DNA of 23,848 nt from Macrostomum lignano (lineage: Eukaryota). The stretch covers positions 1 to 23,848 of the forward strand of contig NIVC01000727.1 of the NCBI GenBank assembly GCA_002269645.1, read 5' to 3'. The notes beneath the pieces are model-generated. The model did no database searches, had not been told where the DNA came from, and worked only from the letters and a program-made list of their open reading frames with translations. Of this stretch, positions 23,148-23,848 are shown piece after piece (positions within the stretch are counted from its first letter, which is position 1; every line of letters starts with the position of its first letter). The position numbers and the translations under genes were made by a program.

Positions 23148-23777
23148 AGTGTCCATCTTAGTGTCCTTACTGTCCATCTTAGTGTCCTTAGTGTCCATCT
23201 CAGTGTCCTTAGTGTCCATCTCACTGTCCTTAGTGTCCATCTCAGTGTCCTAAGTGTCCATCTTAGTGTCCTAAGTGTCCATCTTAGTGTCCTTAGTGTC
23301 CATCTTAGTGTCCTTAGTGTCCATCTTAGTGTCCTTAGTGTCCATCTCACTGTCCTTAGTGTCCATCTCAGTGTCCTAAGTGTCCATCTTAGTGTCCTTA
23401 GTGTCCATCTCACTGTCCTTAGTGTCCATCTTAGTGTCCTTAGTGTCCATCTCAGTGTCCTTAGTGTCCATCTCAGTGTCCTAAGTGTCCATCTTAGTGT
23501 CCTTAGTGTCCATCTTAGTGTCCTTAGTGTCCATCTCAGTGTCCTTAGTGTCCATCTCACTGTCCTTAGTGTCCATCTTAGTGTCCTTAGTGTCCATCTC
23601 AGTGTCCTTAGTGTCCATCTCAGTGTCCTAAGTGTCCATCTTAGTGTCCTTAGTGTCCATCTTAGTGTCCTTAGTGTCCATCTCACTGTCCTTAGTGTCC
23701 ATCTCAGTGTCCTAAGTGTCCATCTTAGTGTCCTTAGTGTCTATCTCACTGTCTTTAGTGTCCATCTCAGTGTCCTA
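23148..23777. repeat. 30-unit block (630 bp), near-identical to 21017-21644
   Basis: Same unit string as 21017-21644. Length is exactly 30 x 21. Confidence 0.8.
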
Positions 23778-23848
23778 AGTGTCCATCTTAGTGTCCTTAG
23801 TGTCCATCTTAGTGTCCTTAGTGCCCATCTCAGTGTCCTTAGTGTCCA

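Larger units (their letters stand above)
1..23848. repeat. Tandem satellite/minisatellite array, 21-bp unit AGTGTCCATCT[C/T]AGTGTCCT[T/A] (reverse strand ATGGACACT[A/T]AGGACACT[G/A]AG), ~1,135 copies, extends beyond both window edges
   Basis: The unit is directly readable from base 1 to 23,848 with no spacer or unique insert. Orientation is uniform (no GGACACT seen on the + strand). All ORFs in the six-frame track have a 7-aa period, which equals 21 nt. Confidence 0.99.
11801..23848. repeat. Right array domain: variant-rich, with higher-order motifs and dispersed duplicated blocks
   Basis: S units from 11813 onward. K' at 12021, 14196, 19312, 21971. Q at 18035, 19274, 20114, 22828. P at 19031, 19619, 23824. 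CCTAAG is frequent. Confidence 0.8.

Noticed and set aside
1307-23686. All ORFs in the six-frame track as protein-coding genes
   Set aside because: Each is a pure 7-aa translation of the repeat. Starts and stops are set by 1-bp indels or the A21 allele, up to four frames overlap on both strands, and there is no unique domain or translation signal.
1-23848. CRISPR array
   Set aside because: The repeats are directly adjacent with no unique spacers, leader or cas gene.
1-23848. Canonical telomere repeat (CCTAA/TTAGG seen inside the A21 allele)
   Set aside because: CCTAA occurs only as isolated single copies in a minority allele. There are no tandem TTAGG/TTAGGG runs and no GGG tracts, and I do not recognise the 21-mer as a described telomeric repeat. 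A non-canonical terminal role cannot be excluded without flanks.
1-23848. Plasmid/phage iteron array (21-bp, two-turn spacing)
   Set aside because: Iteron clusters hold a handful of copies beside a rep gene and an AT-rich unwinding region. None of these is present and the copy number is ~1,100.
1-23848. Hairpins, terminators, G-quadruplexes, inverted array segments, tRNA/rRNA
   Set aside because: The only self-complementarity is the short CTNAG/CTAG/CTTAAG. There are no G-runs longer than 2 in the consensus on either strand, no orientation switch and no non-repeat sequence.
11801-23848. A single perfect long-period higher-order repeat
   Set aside because: Shared blocks recur at different offsets (588, 840, 1,176, ~2,130, ~4,790 bp) and the intervening strings do not match, so the structure is a patchwork rather than a fixed period.
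1-23848. C/T and T/A pattern as deliberately encoded data (synthetic DNA storage or barcode)
   Set aside because: Nested rare alleles, imperfect dispersed duplications and domain layering fit mutation plus recombination. Nothing resembles adapters, indices or balanced coding.

Overview
The whole 23,848-bp window is one head-to-tail tandem array of a 21-bp unit, AGTGTCCATCT[C/T]AGTGTCCT[T/A]. It holds about 1,135 copies (23,848/21), all in the same orientation, with no unique sequence and no flanks. I can support no protein-coding gene, RNA gene, mobile element or CRISPR array. Every ORF in the track is a 7-residue translation of the repeat (MDTKDT[E/K], RTLRWTL, SISVSLV/SILVSLV, SVHLSVL). The best description is a satellite/long minisatellite of unknown organism; I do not recognise the family. 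The internal structure is not random. (1) The unit is a strictly alternating 12+9 dimer of a shared AGTGTC core. (2) Common variation and almost all indels fall at the central N of the two CTNAG pentamers. (3) Variant units follow ordering rules, with a recurring 7-unit/147-bp motif. (4) Blocks of 9-30 units are duplicated at dispersed positions. (5) Rare variants of the 9-mer half have mirror-image counterparts in the 12-mer half. (6) A ~9.5-kb central domain lacks the rare variants found on both sides. Many 1-bp indels, especially in the first ~2.3 kb, look like long-read or consensus errors. All counts and unit strings were decoded by eye. Unit numbering: A1 G2 T3 G4 T5 C6 C7 A8 T9 C10 T11 [C/T]12 A13 G14 T15 G16 T17 C18 C19 T20 [T/A]21. 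Unit codes: C=(C12,T21), T=(T12,T21), A=(C12,A21), B=(T12,A21), S=C+G14C, K=S+C19T, K'=K+A13T, Q=A+T17C, P=C+T5C.
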